64,000 nucleotides of DNA, from contig CBDFFU010000006.1 in assembly GCA_965246875.1 (NCBI GenBank), positions 133,664 through 197,663 of the forward strand, read 5' to 3'. The DNA comes from Alphaproteobacteria bacterium (GTDB lineage: Bacteria; Pseudomonadota; Alphaproteobacteria; Micavibrionales; SZUA-601). A program made the translations under genes and the position numbers. Within the stretch, counting starts at the first letter, position 1. Every line of letters begins with the position of its first letter. Below are positions 29,893 through 40,257 of the stretch, piece after piece. The notes under the pieces are model-generated. The model saw nothing but the letters and a program-made list of their open reading frames with translations. It was not told where the DNA came from and ran no database searches.

Positions 29893-30633
29893 TTACGCGG
29901 CCCGGTCGTGCCAGTGATCGAGCAGCCAAGGCGCGGCGCGTAAGTATTTGCCCTTTTGCGGCCAGACGCCATTAGCAGCGTCAACGGGTTTTGGCGGGCC
30001 GTGAAAGACCAGAATTTTACAGCCGTCCGGTAACGCTGGACGCACGAAATAGCGTAATAGACGGGATGGCAGGCTGTGACGTTTGAAGCTGCGGCACCAA
30101 GTCTCCGGCCAATACGAGACTTTGTTAGTTTTAGCCACCATCTTGGTCAGATATTCCTGCTCATTGATGTAGTCCTTATAGACCTGTTCGTAATGGGTGC
30201 AGAAATGGTCGAAGACATCCGCATGTGTGTTCGCTTGATAGCGGTAGACGGACGAATTGCCGATACCCTGGCCCAGTTGCGTCCAGTTCTCGATAATACA
30301 AAATTCACCCGGTTTATAAGTGAAGAAGCCATCAATATTATCGGTGATCACCAGATCGACATCGAGGAATAAGACTGTGCTGCCATCCTCCAAGCCCATT
30401 TGCGGCGAGAGGGAAATCAGCTTGCGCCAGCCGGAAAAGCTGGCGGCCGACCCCAATGGCATATCCGGAATGGCACGCGTTTCAATGCCCGGTGCTACGC
30501 CCGTTGTGTCATCGGTGTAGCAGAGGAAAGTATAAGGGACGGTCAAATGGCGTTTCACCATGGCACTGAGAATATTCACATACTCCGGGCCATAAAGTGT
30601 TCCCCATTTCATGCAGATGACGTAGTTTTTCAT
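29893..30633 (-). CDS. Putative glycosyltransferase (GT-A fold)
   Basis: ICMKWGTLYGPEYVN.L..MV.RHL..P..F.C.TDD, LFLDVDLVI (DxD), NSSV, EQEY, VFHG.PKP. Confidence 0.8.
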   Translation of the reverse strand: MKNYVICMKWGTLYGPEYVNILSAMVKRHLTVPYTFLCYTDDTTGVAPGIETRAIPDMPLGSAASFSGWRKLISLSPQMGLEDGSTVLFLDVDLVITDNIDGFFTYKPGEFCIIENWTQLGQGIGNSSVYRYQANTHADVFDHFCTHYEQVYKDYINEQEYLTKMVAKTNKVSYWPETWCRSFKRHSLPSRLLRYFVRPALPDGCKILVFHGPPKPVDAANGVWPQKGKYLRAAPWLLDHWHDRAA

Positions 30634-30713
30634 GGACTGTCCTGTTTTAAGCAAATGTGACAGCACCATACCAAAAACAGGTCAACAGGTAAATTGTGAA
30701 AGATGATAGATAG

Positions 30714-31685
30714 TTAAGTCGCACCTTCAGGTGTCGGCCCATGATCGGCGAAGCCATCAACGCACAAAACTTGCCAGGCATCGCGTAGTTGCGGCAGCAT
30801 GGCTTCGACGGCCAACTCACCGGCGCGGATGATTTCGTCGACTTTTTCAAATTCCAGCAGGCCAACATGGCCGATGCGCGGGGCGATATAGACATCCGGC
30901 GGTTCACCAGCAAGGCGGGAGCGCGCGAGACGGTCCTGAATAATATTGAGCGACGAAAACATGACGCCAAACAAGGATGGCGATTCATCATCGCGTTTGA
31001 AAATGCGTTTCGCCAGTTTGGCACTGGTTGAACCGTCCTGTTGCAGTTTTGGGTCAAAGCCGGCAACCGTTGGCACGCTGTGGCCGCTTTTGCGTACCTT
31101 GCCGACGATGTCACCATTTAAATTGACAGCAATAATCATGTTGGCACCCAAGGCCTGACAGGCTGAGACCGGCACCGGGTTCACCAAGGCGCCATCGACC
31201 AGTAATTTATTGCCGTATTTGACGGGCGGAAAGACGCCAGGCAAAGCAAAGGATGCCGACATAGCGGAGATCAAATCACCACTGCGCAACCAGACTTCAT
31301 GGCCGGTAATCATATCCGCGGCAGCCGCCACATATTTGAGATCCATGTCTTCAATGTTCACATCACCAAATTGGTCGCGCATCAAATTTTGAAAGCGTTT
31401 GCCGCTGATCAGCCCACCGCGAGAAAATTTGATATCCAGATAGCTGGCGACTTTGAGGCGGTTGAGGGAGCGTGCCCAATCTTCCAGTGCGTCCAGCCGG
31501 TCGATGCAATAAGCCCCGCCAACCAAAGCACCAATTGACGTGCCGCAGACAATATCCGGTTTAAAACCATGTTTGACCAAGGCACGGATCACACCGATAT
31601 GCGCCCAGCCGCGCGCCAAACCACTGCCCAACGCCAGGCCGATTTTAGGGCCACCATCATTATAATCCGTAAACATCTTGTTCAT
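30714..31685 (-). CDS. Patatin-like phospholipase (RssA/NTE family)
   Basis: LALGSGLARGWAHIGV, GTSIG (GxSxG), DGAL. Confidence 0.9.
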   Translation of the reverse strand: MNKMFTDYNDGGPKIGLALGSGLARGWAHIGVIRALVKHGFKPDIVCGTSIGALVGGAYCIDRLDALEDWARSLNRLKVASYLDIKFSRGGLISGKRFQNLMRDQFGDVNIEDMDLKYVAAAADMITGHEVWLRSGDLISAMSASFALPGVFPPVKYGNKLLVDGALVNPVPVSACQALGANMIIAVNLNGDIVGKVRKSGHSVPTVAGFDPKLQQDGSTSAKLAKRIFKRDDESPSLFGVMFSSLNIIQDRLARSRLAGEPPDVYIAPRIGHVGLLEFEKVDEIIRAGELAVEAMLPQLRDAWQVLCVDGFADHGPTPEGAT

Positions 31686-31836
31686 GTTTTTATCCTTATC
31701 CGTTCATTGTAGGCCACAGAGTCTCTAGATTTCCTTTAAGGATCATGGTGCAGTGCCATAAAAGATGCTGTCGTTTGGCAAGGTTTGTTTGACGTTTGCC
31801 GTGCTATGATCAGCTTTGTTCTTGTGTGAGGTTGCC

Positions 31837-33519
31837 ATGATACAGATGCTAGAGACAGGACCGTTTCGCGTTGATCGTGATGTGATGCCGTATGATGTGG
31901 TGATCGTCGGTGCGGGTCCGGCTGGCCTCAGTTGTGCCATTCGTTTGAAGCAAATCGCGCAAGCCGAGAACAAAGACTTAAGCGTTTGCATTGTAGAAAA
32001 AGGATCGGCGGTCGGCGCGCATTTGATGTCGGGCGCCGTTCTGGAACCGCGTGCATTGAATGAACTGATTCCGGACTGGAAAGACAAGGGCGCGCCGTTG
32101 CGTGATCCCGTTGTCAGCGACCGGTTTTTATTTCTGACACGTACCAAAGCGTTCCGTCTGCCAACGCCGCCGTTCATGCGCAATCATGGTAACTCTATTA
32201 TTTCTCTTGGTAAATTTGGCCAATGGCTGGCGACACAGGCAGAAAGTTTGGGCGTTGAAATTTTTCCCGGCTTTGCCGCGACAGAATTATTATTCGGCGC
32301 TGATAATCAGGTGGCCGGTATTGCGACCGGTGATCTGGGTATCGATAAGCACGGCGAGAAAACGACCCGCTTCACACCCGGCGTTGAAATTCACAGCAAG
32401 CAAGTGGTGCTGGCGGAAGGGTGCCATGGCAGCTTGAGCAAGCAGCTGATCAAGCGGTTTCATTTGCGCTCTGTAGATGCACCGCAAACTTATGGCTTGG
32501 GTATCAAAGAGATTTGGGACATTCCCAAGGAGCAGCATAAGCCCGGTCACACGCTGCACAGCATCGGCTGGCCGCTGGATACCAAAACCTATGGCGGATC
32601 GTGGCTGTATCATTACGGTGATAACAAGGTGTCGTTGGGGTTTGTGACAGGTCTGGATTACGCCAATCCGCATCTGTCGCCATTTGAAGAAATGCAACGC
32701 TGGAAAACGCATCCGTCGATTGCAGCGGTGTTGAAAAACGGCCGCCGCATATCGTACGGCGCGCGGGCATTGGTTGAGGGTGGTCTGCAAGGTCTGCCAC
32801 AATTGGCCGTGCCAGGAGCCTTATTGATCGGTGACAGTGCAGGGTTTTTGAACGTGCCAAAAATCAAAGGGACGCACACGGCCATGAAATCCGGCATGCT
32901 GGCCGCTGAAGCATTATATCGGCATTTAGGCGAAGAGAATGCGGCTGTGCGGCCTTGTACCCATTACGAAACATTATTTAAAACATCCTGGCTGTACAAA
33001 GAGCTGCATGCCGTACGCAATATTCGCCCCGGTTTTCAGCGGGGCTTGTGGCGGGGCTTGGTGAATGCGGCTTGGGAAACCGTGACCAAAGGTTTCAGCC
33101 CATGGACATTGCGCCATCACGCCGATCACAAGGCGTTGCAACCGGCAGCATTAATGCCGAAAATTACCTATCCCAAACCAGATGGCGTGTTAACCTTCGA
33201 CCGGCTGTCGAGCGTTTATGTTTCGAATACCAATCACACTGAAGACCAGCCGGTGCATTTGCAATTGCAAGATCCGGCTGTGGCCGTTGACGTGAATTTG
33301 AAAACCTACGACTCGCCGGAAAGCCGTTATTGCCCGGCGGGGGTGTATGAAATTGTCTATGATGCGCCGGATGATAGCGGTTTGAACAAAGCGCCACGTC
33401 TGCAGATCAATGCGCAAAACTGTGTCCATTGCAAAACCTGCGACATCAAAGACCCGACACAAAATATCAACTGGGTCCCACCGCAAGGCGGCGAGGGGCC
33501 GCGTTACACGGGCATGTGA
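31837..33519 (+). CDS. Electron transfer flavoprotein-ubiquinone oxidoreductase
   Basis: DVVIVGAGPAGL, HLMSGA, AEGCHGSL, NVPKIKGTH, YCPAGVYE, NCVHCKTCDIKDP. Confidence 0.96.
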   Translation: MIQMLETGPFRVDRDVMPYDVVIVGAGPAGLSCAIRLKQIAQAENKDLSVCIVEKGSAVGAHLMSGAVLEPRALNELIPDWKDKGAPLRDPVVSDRFLFLTRTKAFRLPTPPFMRNHGNSIISLGKFGQWLATQAESLGVEIFPGFAATELLFGADNQVAGIATGDLGIDKHGEKTTRFTPGVEIHSKQVVLAEGCHGSLSKQLIKRFHLRSVDAPQTYGLGIKEIWDIPKEQHKPGHTLHSIGWPLDTKTYGGSWLYHYGDNKVSLGFVTGLDYANPHLSPFEEMQRWKTHPSIAAVLKNGRRISYGARALVEGGLQGLPQLAVPGALLIGDSAGFLNVPKIKGTHTAMKSGMLAAEALYRHLGEENAAVRPCTHYETLFKTSWLYKELHAVRNIRPGFQRGLWRGLVNAAWETVTKGFSPWTLRHHADHKALQPAALMPKITYPKPDGVLTFDRLSSVYVSNTNHTEDQPVHLQLQDPAVAVDVNLKTYDSPESRYCPAGVYEIVYDAPDDSGLNKAPRLQINAQNCVHCKTCDIKDPTQNINWVPPQGGEGPRYTGM

Positions 33520-33562
33520 TTTAATCTTTTATTTAGCTTTATGCTCCCCTTACAGAAAAACT

Positions 33563-33591
33563 TTGACATTTTTATCCGGCTTTGCTACACT
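33563..33591 (+). promoter_or_regulatory. Sigma70-type promoter for the leader-like sORF
   Basis: TTGACA (33563-33568), 17 nt, TACACT (33586-33591); predicted +1 falls at about the ATG at 33598. Confidence 0.6.
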
Positions 33592-33597
33592 GAATAA

Positions 33598-33732
33598 ATG
33601 CTGATCGTTTTAACCACACTACTGATCACTGTTGCAGCCGCTTCGGCGCTGCAAGCGCAGCCCAAAGCTGTACGCGTGAAGGCTCGCCGTGATAACGGAC
33701 GCTGCGCTGGCAAAGGGTCTAATGGCCGTTAG
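33598..33732 (+). CDS. 44-aa small ORF, probably leaderless; leader peptide or secreted peptide
   Basis: MLIVLTTLLITVAAASALQAQPKAVRVKARRDNGRCAGKGSNGR*; stop lies within the hairpin ATGGCC-GTTA-GGCCAT, which is followed by a T-rich run. Confidence 0.5.
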   Translation: MLIVLTTLLITVAAASALQAQPKAVRVKARRDNGRCAGKGSNGR

Positions 33733-33823
33733 GCCATCGTTCTTATTTTCTAAATGACAATTTGATTTGATCTATCCGTTTTATGGATTGCCATTTCTTG
33801 ATTAAATTTCAAGGAGATTACAC

Positions 33824-34441
33824 ATGATGCCTGACTTGATTTTACGTGATCTGCCTATGCCTATTCGAACGCCGCGTTTGCTGATAACGCCACCAGCGGC
33901 GGGTATGGGTGCTGCCTTTCATGAAGCAAAAATAGAAACTTTAGAAAGTAATAAGGAATGGCTGGGTTGGGCGCATCATGCATCAAACCCTCACATCGAA
34001 GAGGCAATGATGCGCAAACAAGCAGCAAAATTCATGGCCCGCGAAGATTTGATGTTGATTGTTTTTAATCATAATGGGCGTCTGATTGGTTCGACAGGCT
34101 TTCATTTTTTGAACCAGTTTGCCACACCGATCCTGCATATGGGCTATTGGTGTCGCCAGTCGGAACAAGGCAAAGGATATGTGACGGAATGGGTCAATGC
34201 CCTAACACAATATAGTTTTGATATTCTAAACTTAAAAAAACTTTCTATTGAAGCCAATAGCGAAAATTTAGCGTCAATTGCTGTTGCCAAAAGACTTGGC
34301 TTTGATTTTGAATATGGTGTCAAATGGGGAATTACTAAACCTGGCACTGACGAGATGCAGGTACGCAATGTCTACAGCCGTTTTGATACAGTTGGTCTGC
34401 CGTCATTGGATGTCAGCTGGGGCGACAAGCCAAGCCCCTGA
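33824..34441 (+). CDS. RimL/RimJ-type GNAT N-acetyltransferase
   Basis: IRTPRLLI, LIGSTGF, MGYWCRQSEQGKGYVTE, N..S.AVAKRLGF.FE. Confidence 0.88.
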   Translation: MMPDLILRDLPMPIRTPRLLITPPAAGMGAAFHEAKIETLESNKEWLGWAHHASNPHIEEAMMRKQAAKFMAREDLMLIVFNHNGRLIGSTGFHFLNQFATPILHMGYWCRQSEQGKGYVTEWVNALTQYSFDILNLKKLSIEANSENLASIAVAKRLGFDFEYGVKWGITKPGTDEMQVRNVYSRFDTVGLPSLDVSWGDKPSP

Positions 34442-34561
34442 AATACAAGGGGAGAGGAATGTTTTTGCCGCCCTTTCCCCACTCTTTCAATCATCCTTAA
34501 CATCTGCACGATTTAATGGCATGTTATAAAGGCTGTTATTGCGTATCCAATCGGGGTTCCC

Positions 34562-36463
34562 GTGTTTAATTTTATGTCTAGCTTTAATCGTCCCGTCGTT
34601 TGTGCCGCTCTGGCTCTGACGCTTGCTGCGTCTGTCAGCGGGTGTGATAAAATCCAGAAGCGGGCAACGCGTCTGGAACAGAAAACGTTGCAACAGGCCG
34701 GCGTCGATGTGATGAGCCTGCCGATCTGGCCGCCATCATCGGCAGGGCAATATCTGGCAGCGCGCGTGGCCGTGGGCAATGACGATCTGGAAACGGCTAA
34801 CAAGGCCTATCAGGAGGCTATCGAAGCCGCACCGGATGAGACGATTGCCGCTTACTTGGCAGAGCGCGCTTTGCCAGTCGCTATTGGCGCCGGGGATCAT
34901 GATACCGCCTTGCGTCTGGCCAAGGCGCTGCCGAACCTTGAGCAAACGGCAACTGGACAATTTTCCGTGCTGCTGCAATTGCGCGATGCGTTTGATAATG
35001 AAAACTGGGACACGGCCACGCAATTGGCGACAAAATTACGCGCTGACGGGTTTGGCCAGTTTACCAAGCCATTGGCGCAAGTCTGGCTGCTAGTCGGGCA
35101 GAAAAAATTTGACGCCGCCCTGGCGCAACTGGATCAGGCCGAACAGAAAAATCCGTCTTTGCAAGGGTTATTCATCGTGCATCGTGCGCTGGTGCTGGAA
35201 CAAGCAGGTCGCATCGACATGGCTGATAAAACCTATCGCGCTATTTTGAACAATAATTTCACGCTGGGTGGTGCCTTGGCAGCGGCCAATTTCTTTGCGC
35301 GTCAGCATGACGATGCGGCCCTCAAAGGCATTTACGATCTGTTACATGCCAAACTGACGTTGCCGGTGTCATACGATAATTTCGTGGCATCCTTCCCATT
35401 TGATAAAGAGAAAATGACGGCGGCGCGCGGCTATGCGACCAGCCTGTTTGATTTGGCAACCGTCTTGCAATCCGAAAATTCCAGTCGTTTGGCACTGCTC
35501 TATGCGCGGATCGCGGAACCGGAGTTACGCCTGTATCCAACGCTTGCCATCCTGTTGGGTGATGTCGCGATGGACATGCATGATTATGATCAGGCGCGTC
35601 ACGCGTTTGATCTGATTGCAAAAGACACCTTGTTCTACGCCACTGCGCAATTACGCAAAGCTGATGCATTTGCCGCTGAAAATAATATTCAAGCCGCTCT
35701 TGATGTCTTGAAACCGCTGGCCGTTGATCCAAGTATGAAACGGCAGATTTTGACACAAATGGCTGATTTGTTGCGCGCTGATAAACAATATAAAGAAGCG
35801 GTAACGGCTTATACGCAAATCATTGATGGGATCGCCACACCCATTAAAAAAGACTGGGGCCTGTTTTATGCGCGCGCCATTTGTTATGAGACTTTAAAAG
35901 ACACGGACAAATCAGAAGCAGACTTGCAAGCGGCCTTGAAGATCAGCCCCGATCAGCCGGAAGTGTTGAATTATCTGGGTTATTCCTGGGCTGATAAGAG
36001 CGTTAATCTGGAGCAGGCCTATACCTATATTGCGCGGGCGCATAACCAGAACCCGGAAGACCCCTATATCACCGACAGTTCTGGGTGGGTGTTGTACCAG
36101 TTGGGTTATTTCATCAAAGCCGTGACGCTGCTGGAGCAATCCGTCCAGCAATTGCCAGCTGATCCGACGATCAACGATCATCTAGGTGATGCTTATTGGC
36201 AGGTGGGCCGTGAAACCGAAGCGCGTTTCCAGTGGGATCGGGCGCTGAAAAACGACAGTCATGAAGATCCTGATTTCCCGGCAAAGATTGCTGAAAAAAT
36301 CAAGGCGGGTCTGCCGAAAAAAGCGGCACATAATGGGCCGTTGCCGGCTGTCAAAACCAGTCAAAACCTGGACACGCTGTTACAGCGTTTGCAACTGCCG
36401 CCGGGTGCGCGTGCAAAAGAAAACATGACGCCGTTCGCGCCAAAACCTCGCCCTGTTCGTTAG
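34562..36463 (+). CDS. TPR-repeat lipoprotein
   Basis: Lipobox-like VSGC; C-terminal TPRs (PDQPEVLNYLGYSWAD, DSSGWVLY, TINDHLGDAYWQVGR..EARFQW). Confidence 0.88.
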   Translation: MFNFMSSFNRPVVCAALALTLAASVSGCDKIQKRATRLEQKTLQQAGVDVMSLPIWPPSSAGQYLAARVAVGNDDLETANKAYQEAIEAAPDETIAAYLAERALPVAIGAGDHDTALRLAKALPNLEQTATGQFSVLLQLRDAFDNENWDTATQLATKLRADGFGQFTKPLAQVWLLVGQKKFDAALAQLDQAEQKNPSLQGLFIVHRALVLEQAGRIDMADKTYRAILNNNFTLGGALAAANFFARQHDDAALKGIYDLLHAKLTLPVSYDNFVASFPFDKEKMTAARGYATSLFDLATVLQSENSSRLALLYARIAEPELRLYPTLAILLGDVAMDMHDYDQARHAFDLIAKDTLFYATAQLRKADAFAAENNIQAALDVLKPLAVDPSMKRQILTQMADLLRADKQYKEAVTAYTQIIDGIATPIKKDWGLFYARAICYETLKDTDKSEADLQAALKISPDQPEVLNYLGYSWADKSVNLEQAYTYIARAHNQNPEDPYITDSSGWVLYQLGYFIKAVTLLEQSVQQLPADPTINDHLGDAYWQVGRETEARFQWDRALKNDSHEDPDFPAKIAEKIKAGLPKKAAHNGPLPAVKTSQNLDTLLQRLQLPPGARAKENMTPFAPKPRPVR

Positions 36464-36480
36464 ACACAGACGGTTATATC

Positions 36481-38046
36481 ATGAGCGATAAAACACCATC
36501 CCGACTGGTTTCTTTTCTTCCCGGTGAAGAGGAAATTACAGTCAGTGATCCGCGCGACGCCATCAAACAGCTCGAAAAAATCTATCAGAATAATGTTGGT
36601 TACCTGCGGCAGGAATTTTCCAGTTTTGCCAATGGTGACCCGCACTGGCAGCCGCTGCCCGGCGCAAAATGCGCGGCGTTTTACCCCTTTATCCGTGTCG
36701 ATATCGGTCAGGCGGCAACGCCTGTAAAAACCCGTATGGCGTTTGGCCATACCTCAACACCTGGCCGTTATGTGACAACCGTCACCCGGCCTGATATGTT
36801 TGGCCGTTATTACTTGGAACAGCTGGAACTTTTGCAGCAAAACCATAAGGTGCCATTTACGATCGGGGTCAGCCCGGTGGCGATTCCCATCCACTTTGCG
36901 CTTGGTGGGGACACGCGCGACACCAGCGGTGGTTTAGGCTATACCGACAGCGCACTGACCGCAGATAAAATCGCGCAACTGCCACTGTATTTTGACCTGC
37001 CGAACCTGTCCGATATTGATGACCGCATTGCCAATGGCGATTATGATGTGCATGCGCTGGAACAGCCTTTATCCCTGTTCACCGCACCACGCACCGATAT
37101 CAGCTTGCAGCGTTTGCGCCATTATACGGGTACCCATGCCGATTATTTTCAGAATTTTATTATCTTCACCAATTACGGGTTTTACGTTGATGAATTTGCG
37201 CGCTTTGCTAAAAACCTGTTTGCACAGTTAAGCACTGAAAACGTCACCGATTATCACAAGGCTTATACAGCCTTGGTCGAACCGGGCAATATCATCACGC
37301 CAAATGCCAATTTGCCAGAACAGTATTGGCCCGAAGGCAAAGCTCTGCCGCGCCTGCCGCAAATGCCGGCGTATCATTTATTGCGTGACGACAACAGCGG
37401 CATTACGTTGATCAATATCGGCATTGGCCCGTCGAATGCCAAGAATATTACGGATCACGTCGCCGTGTTGCGTCCACATGCCTGGCTGATGCTGGGCCAT
37501 TGTGCCGGCTTGCGCAAAACGCAAGCATTGGGTGATTATGTGCTGGCGCATGGTTATTTGCGCAATGATCATGTGCTGGATGCTGATATTCCAACTGATA
37601 TTCCCATTCCCGCTCTGGCCGAAGTGCAGATTGCCCTGCAGCGTGCGGTGGCAGACGTCACAGGCTGCACTGGCCCTGATTTGAAACAGGTGTTGCGTAC
37701 CGGTACAGTGGCGACGACCGACGACCGGAACTGGGAGTTACAGGATCAGCGCATCCCGTTGCGCCGCTTGAAACAAAGCCGTGCCATCGCGCTGGATATG
37801 GAATCGGCCACCATTGCCACCAACGGCTACCGCTTCCGGGTGCCCTATGGCACCTTACTGTGTGTGTCCGACAAGCCGTTGCACGGCCAGATCAAGCTGC
37901 CGGGCATGGCGGACGAGTTCTACCGCAAACGGGTGGAACAGCACCTCCAGGTTGGCATCCGCGCCATGGAAAACTTACGCGCCCTGGACATGGCCGATCT
38001 CCACAGCCGCAAGTTGCGCTCATTCAACGAAGTGCCGTTTCAGTAA
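36481..38046 (+). CDS. amn: AMP nucleosidase
   Basis: RLRHYTGT, FQNFIIFTNY, QMPAYHL, NIGIGPSNAKNITDH, MLGHCAGLR, DMESAT, LLCVSDKPLHG. Confidence 0.95.
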   Translation: MSDKTPSRLVSFLPGEEEITVSDPRDAIKQLEKIYQNNVGYLRQEFSSFANGDPHWQPLPGAKCAAFYPFIRVDIGQAATPVKTRMAFGHTSTPGRYVTTVTRPDMFGRYYLEQLELLQQNHKVPFTIGVSPVAIPIHFALGGDTRDTSGGLGYTDSALTADKIAQLPLYFDLPNLSDIDDRIANGDYDVHALEQPLSLFTAPRTDISLQRLRHYTGTHADYFQNFIIFTNYGFYVDEFARFAKNLFAQLSTENVTDYHKAYTALVEPGNIITPNANLPEQYWPEGKALPRLPQMPAYHLLRDDNSGITLINIGIGPSNAKNITDHVAVLRPHAWLMLGHCAGLRKTQALGDYVLAHGYLRNDHVLDADIPTDIPIPALAEVQIALQRAVADVTGCTGPDLKQVLRTGTVATTDDRNWELQDQRIPLRRLKQSRAIALDMESATIATNGYRFRVPYGTLLCVSDKPLHGQIKLPGMADEFYRKRVEQHLQVGIRAMENLRALDMADLHSRKLRSFNEVPFQ

Positions 38047-38166
38047 ATACTCTTGGATAGTAAAATAGATTGCTTTGTAGGGAGTTTTAACGCTTCCTGA
38101 GCAATTTCCTCTTATAATGGGGGCATCTTTCCCACTCCGGGACCTGGACCAGATTGTTCGATTTGA

Positions 38167-40236
38167 ATGACGTCAGACGCCGCACCCTTATCCCCGTTTC
38201 ACAATCGCGCTGTAGCCAAGCCAGCTGATACCGCGCGGCTGGACGATTTTCTGAAATTATCACCAGATATGTTTTGGGAGTGTGACAATAATGCGGTGTT
38301 GCGTTATTTGTCACCGGATTTTCAAATCCATTTTCCGCAGATGCAGGTCACTTTGCATCAACCGCTCAAAGAGCTTTTCACCCAAGCCAGCTGTTGTGTG
38401 GAATGGCAAGAGTGGGTGCATATTTTAACCGGCCTGCACGACGCCGACCAAATTGCCCCGTCGTGTTTGCTGGTGATCGACAGTGGTGAAACGGAACCGT
38501 TTTATATTCAAATTGCAGCCAAAGTGACGCAGGATGATGCCGGTAATATTCAAGGCTGGCGCGGCATCATTCGCGACATCTCGCGTGAAGCGGCCAATGC
38601 GATCAATGCTGAATTGGTCGAACAGCAGCTTAGTGACACCATCGAGTCGATTCCCTATGGCGTTGCCGTCTTCGACCCCGATGACAAACTGATTTTCATC
38701 AATAATAAAAGCCGTGATGTCTTCCCGGATTTGCAGGACAAGCTTGTCCCCGGCACATCGTTTCAAGATTTGATCCGTGCCAATTTCGAACGTGGGATAC
38801 AAAGTATCGATAATCGTGACAGTGAAAGCTTGATTCAGAAACGTTTGTCGCTGCACCGGCGCAATTACGGTACACGCGAGATTGAGCTGGCGAACGGTTA
38901 TTGGGTCGAACTCAGCGAGCATGTTACCTCCGATGGTGGCACCGTGATCAGCTGGTCAGACATTACGCCGAACAAACGCCGCGAACAGGCTTTGGCATCG
39001 CTGCTCAGCCATTCTGATGATGAAGTGTTTGACAATAGTCCGCATCATGCGGCCGAGCGTGCCGTCAAAGCCTTGGCCGCCGCATTTGATTGCCGCTGGG
39101 CGGGTGTCGCGCGCCGTGATAAAGCTGATCCGTCTGAAGCGGTTATTCTGGCGTTGTGGGAACAAGACCATTTAGCAGAGCCCCGCATTTATGCCTTGGC
39201 GGATACGCCGTGTCAGCTGGTCTACGCGCATCCGCAACGCGGGTGTGAATTGGATGTAGCCACGACCGTGCATCCGCTGTTTCATTATGCCGAAATCGCT
39301 TATTATTATGGTCATGTCGTGCGCAACGGGCAGAACCAGATTATCGGCCATGTGTTCATTGCCCATGATCACCCGATCCCACGCCAGAGCCGTCGGCATA
39401 TTGATGAGGTCTTTCACCTGGTGACACGCTGGCTGGAAATGGAATTTCACCGGCACGATGTGCATCACATGATGGTGCAGGCCTTGCAACAGGCTGAAAG
39501 TGCCAACCGCAGCAAGAGCGAATTTCTGGCCAACGTTAGTCATGAATTGCGGACACCGCTCAATGCCATCATCGGTTTTTCCGAGATGATCCGCGATGGG
39601 TTGGTTGGACCGGCCGGTAGTGCGAAATATATTGAATACATCCATGATATTCATGGCAGCGGCATGCATCTGATGGAGCTGATCAACGATATTCTGGATC
39701 TGTCCAAAGCCGAAGCCGGGTCGATTGAAGGCCAGCCGCGCGAAACGCAGGTCGATGACACCATTCAATCCTGCCTGAAAATCATTGCCCCCAAAGCACA
39801 GATGGCACAGGTCAAAGTGTATAGCGATTTGGCCAACAACTTGCCACCCTTATGGATTGATACAAAACATCTCCGTCAGATTATCACGAATATCTTGTCG
39901 AACGCTGTTAAATTCACGCCTGAAGGTGGTGAGGTAACAATCAGTACGGAACAGGACGCGGCAGGGTTGGCTATTCGCATTCACGATACCGGCATTGGTA
40001 TGGCGCCCGATGACATTCCCAAAGCGCTGTCGCCATTCGGTCAAATCGATAGCTCGCTGGCACGCAAATATAACGGCACCGGTTTAGGGTTGCCACTGAC
40101 AAAACGTCTGGTTGAAAATTACGACGGGGAATTGTCGATTGACAGCACTATAGGTGAGGGAACAACAATCACAGTTCAGTTTCCATTGCAGCGATTGGTT
40201 ATTGAGGGCAACCGCCGTTTTGCCGATACCAAGTAA
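38167..40236 (+). CDS. Cytoplasmic PAS/GAF sensor histidine kinase (PleC/DivJ-like kinase core)
   Basis: PAS-like segments; KSEFLANVSHELRTPLNAIIGFSEM; NAVKFTPEGG; GTGLGLPL. Confidence 0.9.
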   Translation: MTSDAAPLSPFHNRAVAKPADTARLDDFLKLSPDMFWECDNNAVLRYLSPDFQIHFPQMQVTLHQPLKELFTQASCCVEWQEWVHILTGLHDADQIAPSCLLVIDSGETEPFYIQIAAKVTQDDAGNIQGWRGIIRDISREAANAINAELVEQQLSDTIESIPYGVAVFDPDDKLIFINNKSRDVFPDLQDKLVPGTSFQDLIRANFERGIQSIDNRDSESLIQKRLSLHRRNYGTREIELANGYWVELSEHVTSDGGTVISWSDITPNKRREQALASLLSHSDDEVFDNSPHHAAERAVKALAAAFDCRWAGVARRDKADPSEAVILALWEQDHLAEPRIYALADTPCQLVYAHPQRGCELDVATTVHPLFHYAEIAYYYGHVVRNGQNQIIGHVFIAHDHPIPRQSRRHIDEVFHLVTRWLEMEFHRHDVHHMMVQALQQAESANRSKSEFLANVSHELRTPLNAIIGFSEMIRDGLVGPAGSAKYIEYIHDIHGSGMHLMELINDILDLSKAEAGSIEGQPRETQVDDTIQSCLKIIAPKAQMAQVKVYSDLANNLPPLWIDTKHLRQIITNILSNAVKFTPEGGEVTISTEQDAAGLAIRIHDTGIGMAPDDIPKALSPFGQIDSSLARKYNGTGLGLPLTKRLVENYDGELSIDSTIGEGTTITVQFPLQRLVIEGNRRFADTK

Positions 40237-40257
40237 ACGAACGATAATTCTCAAAAA

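Noticed and set aside
34513-34527. CtrA box upstream of the TPR gene (TTAA-N7-TTAT)
   Set aside because: A single one-mismatch hit in AT-rich DNA with no supporting context.
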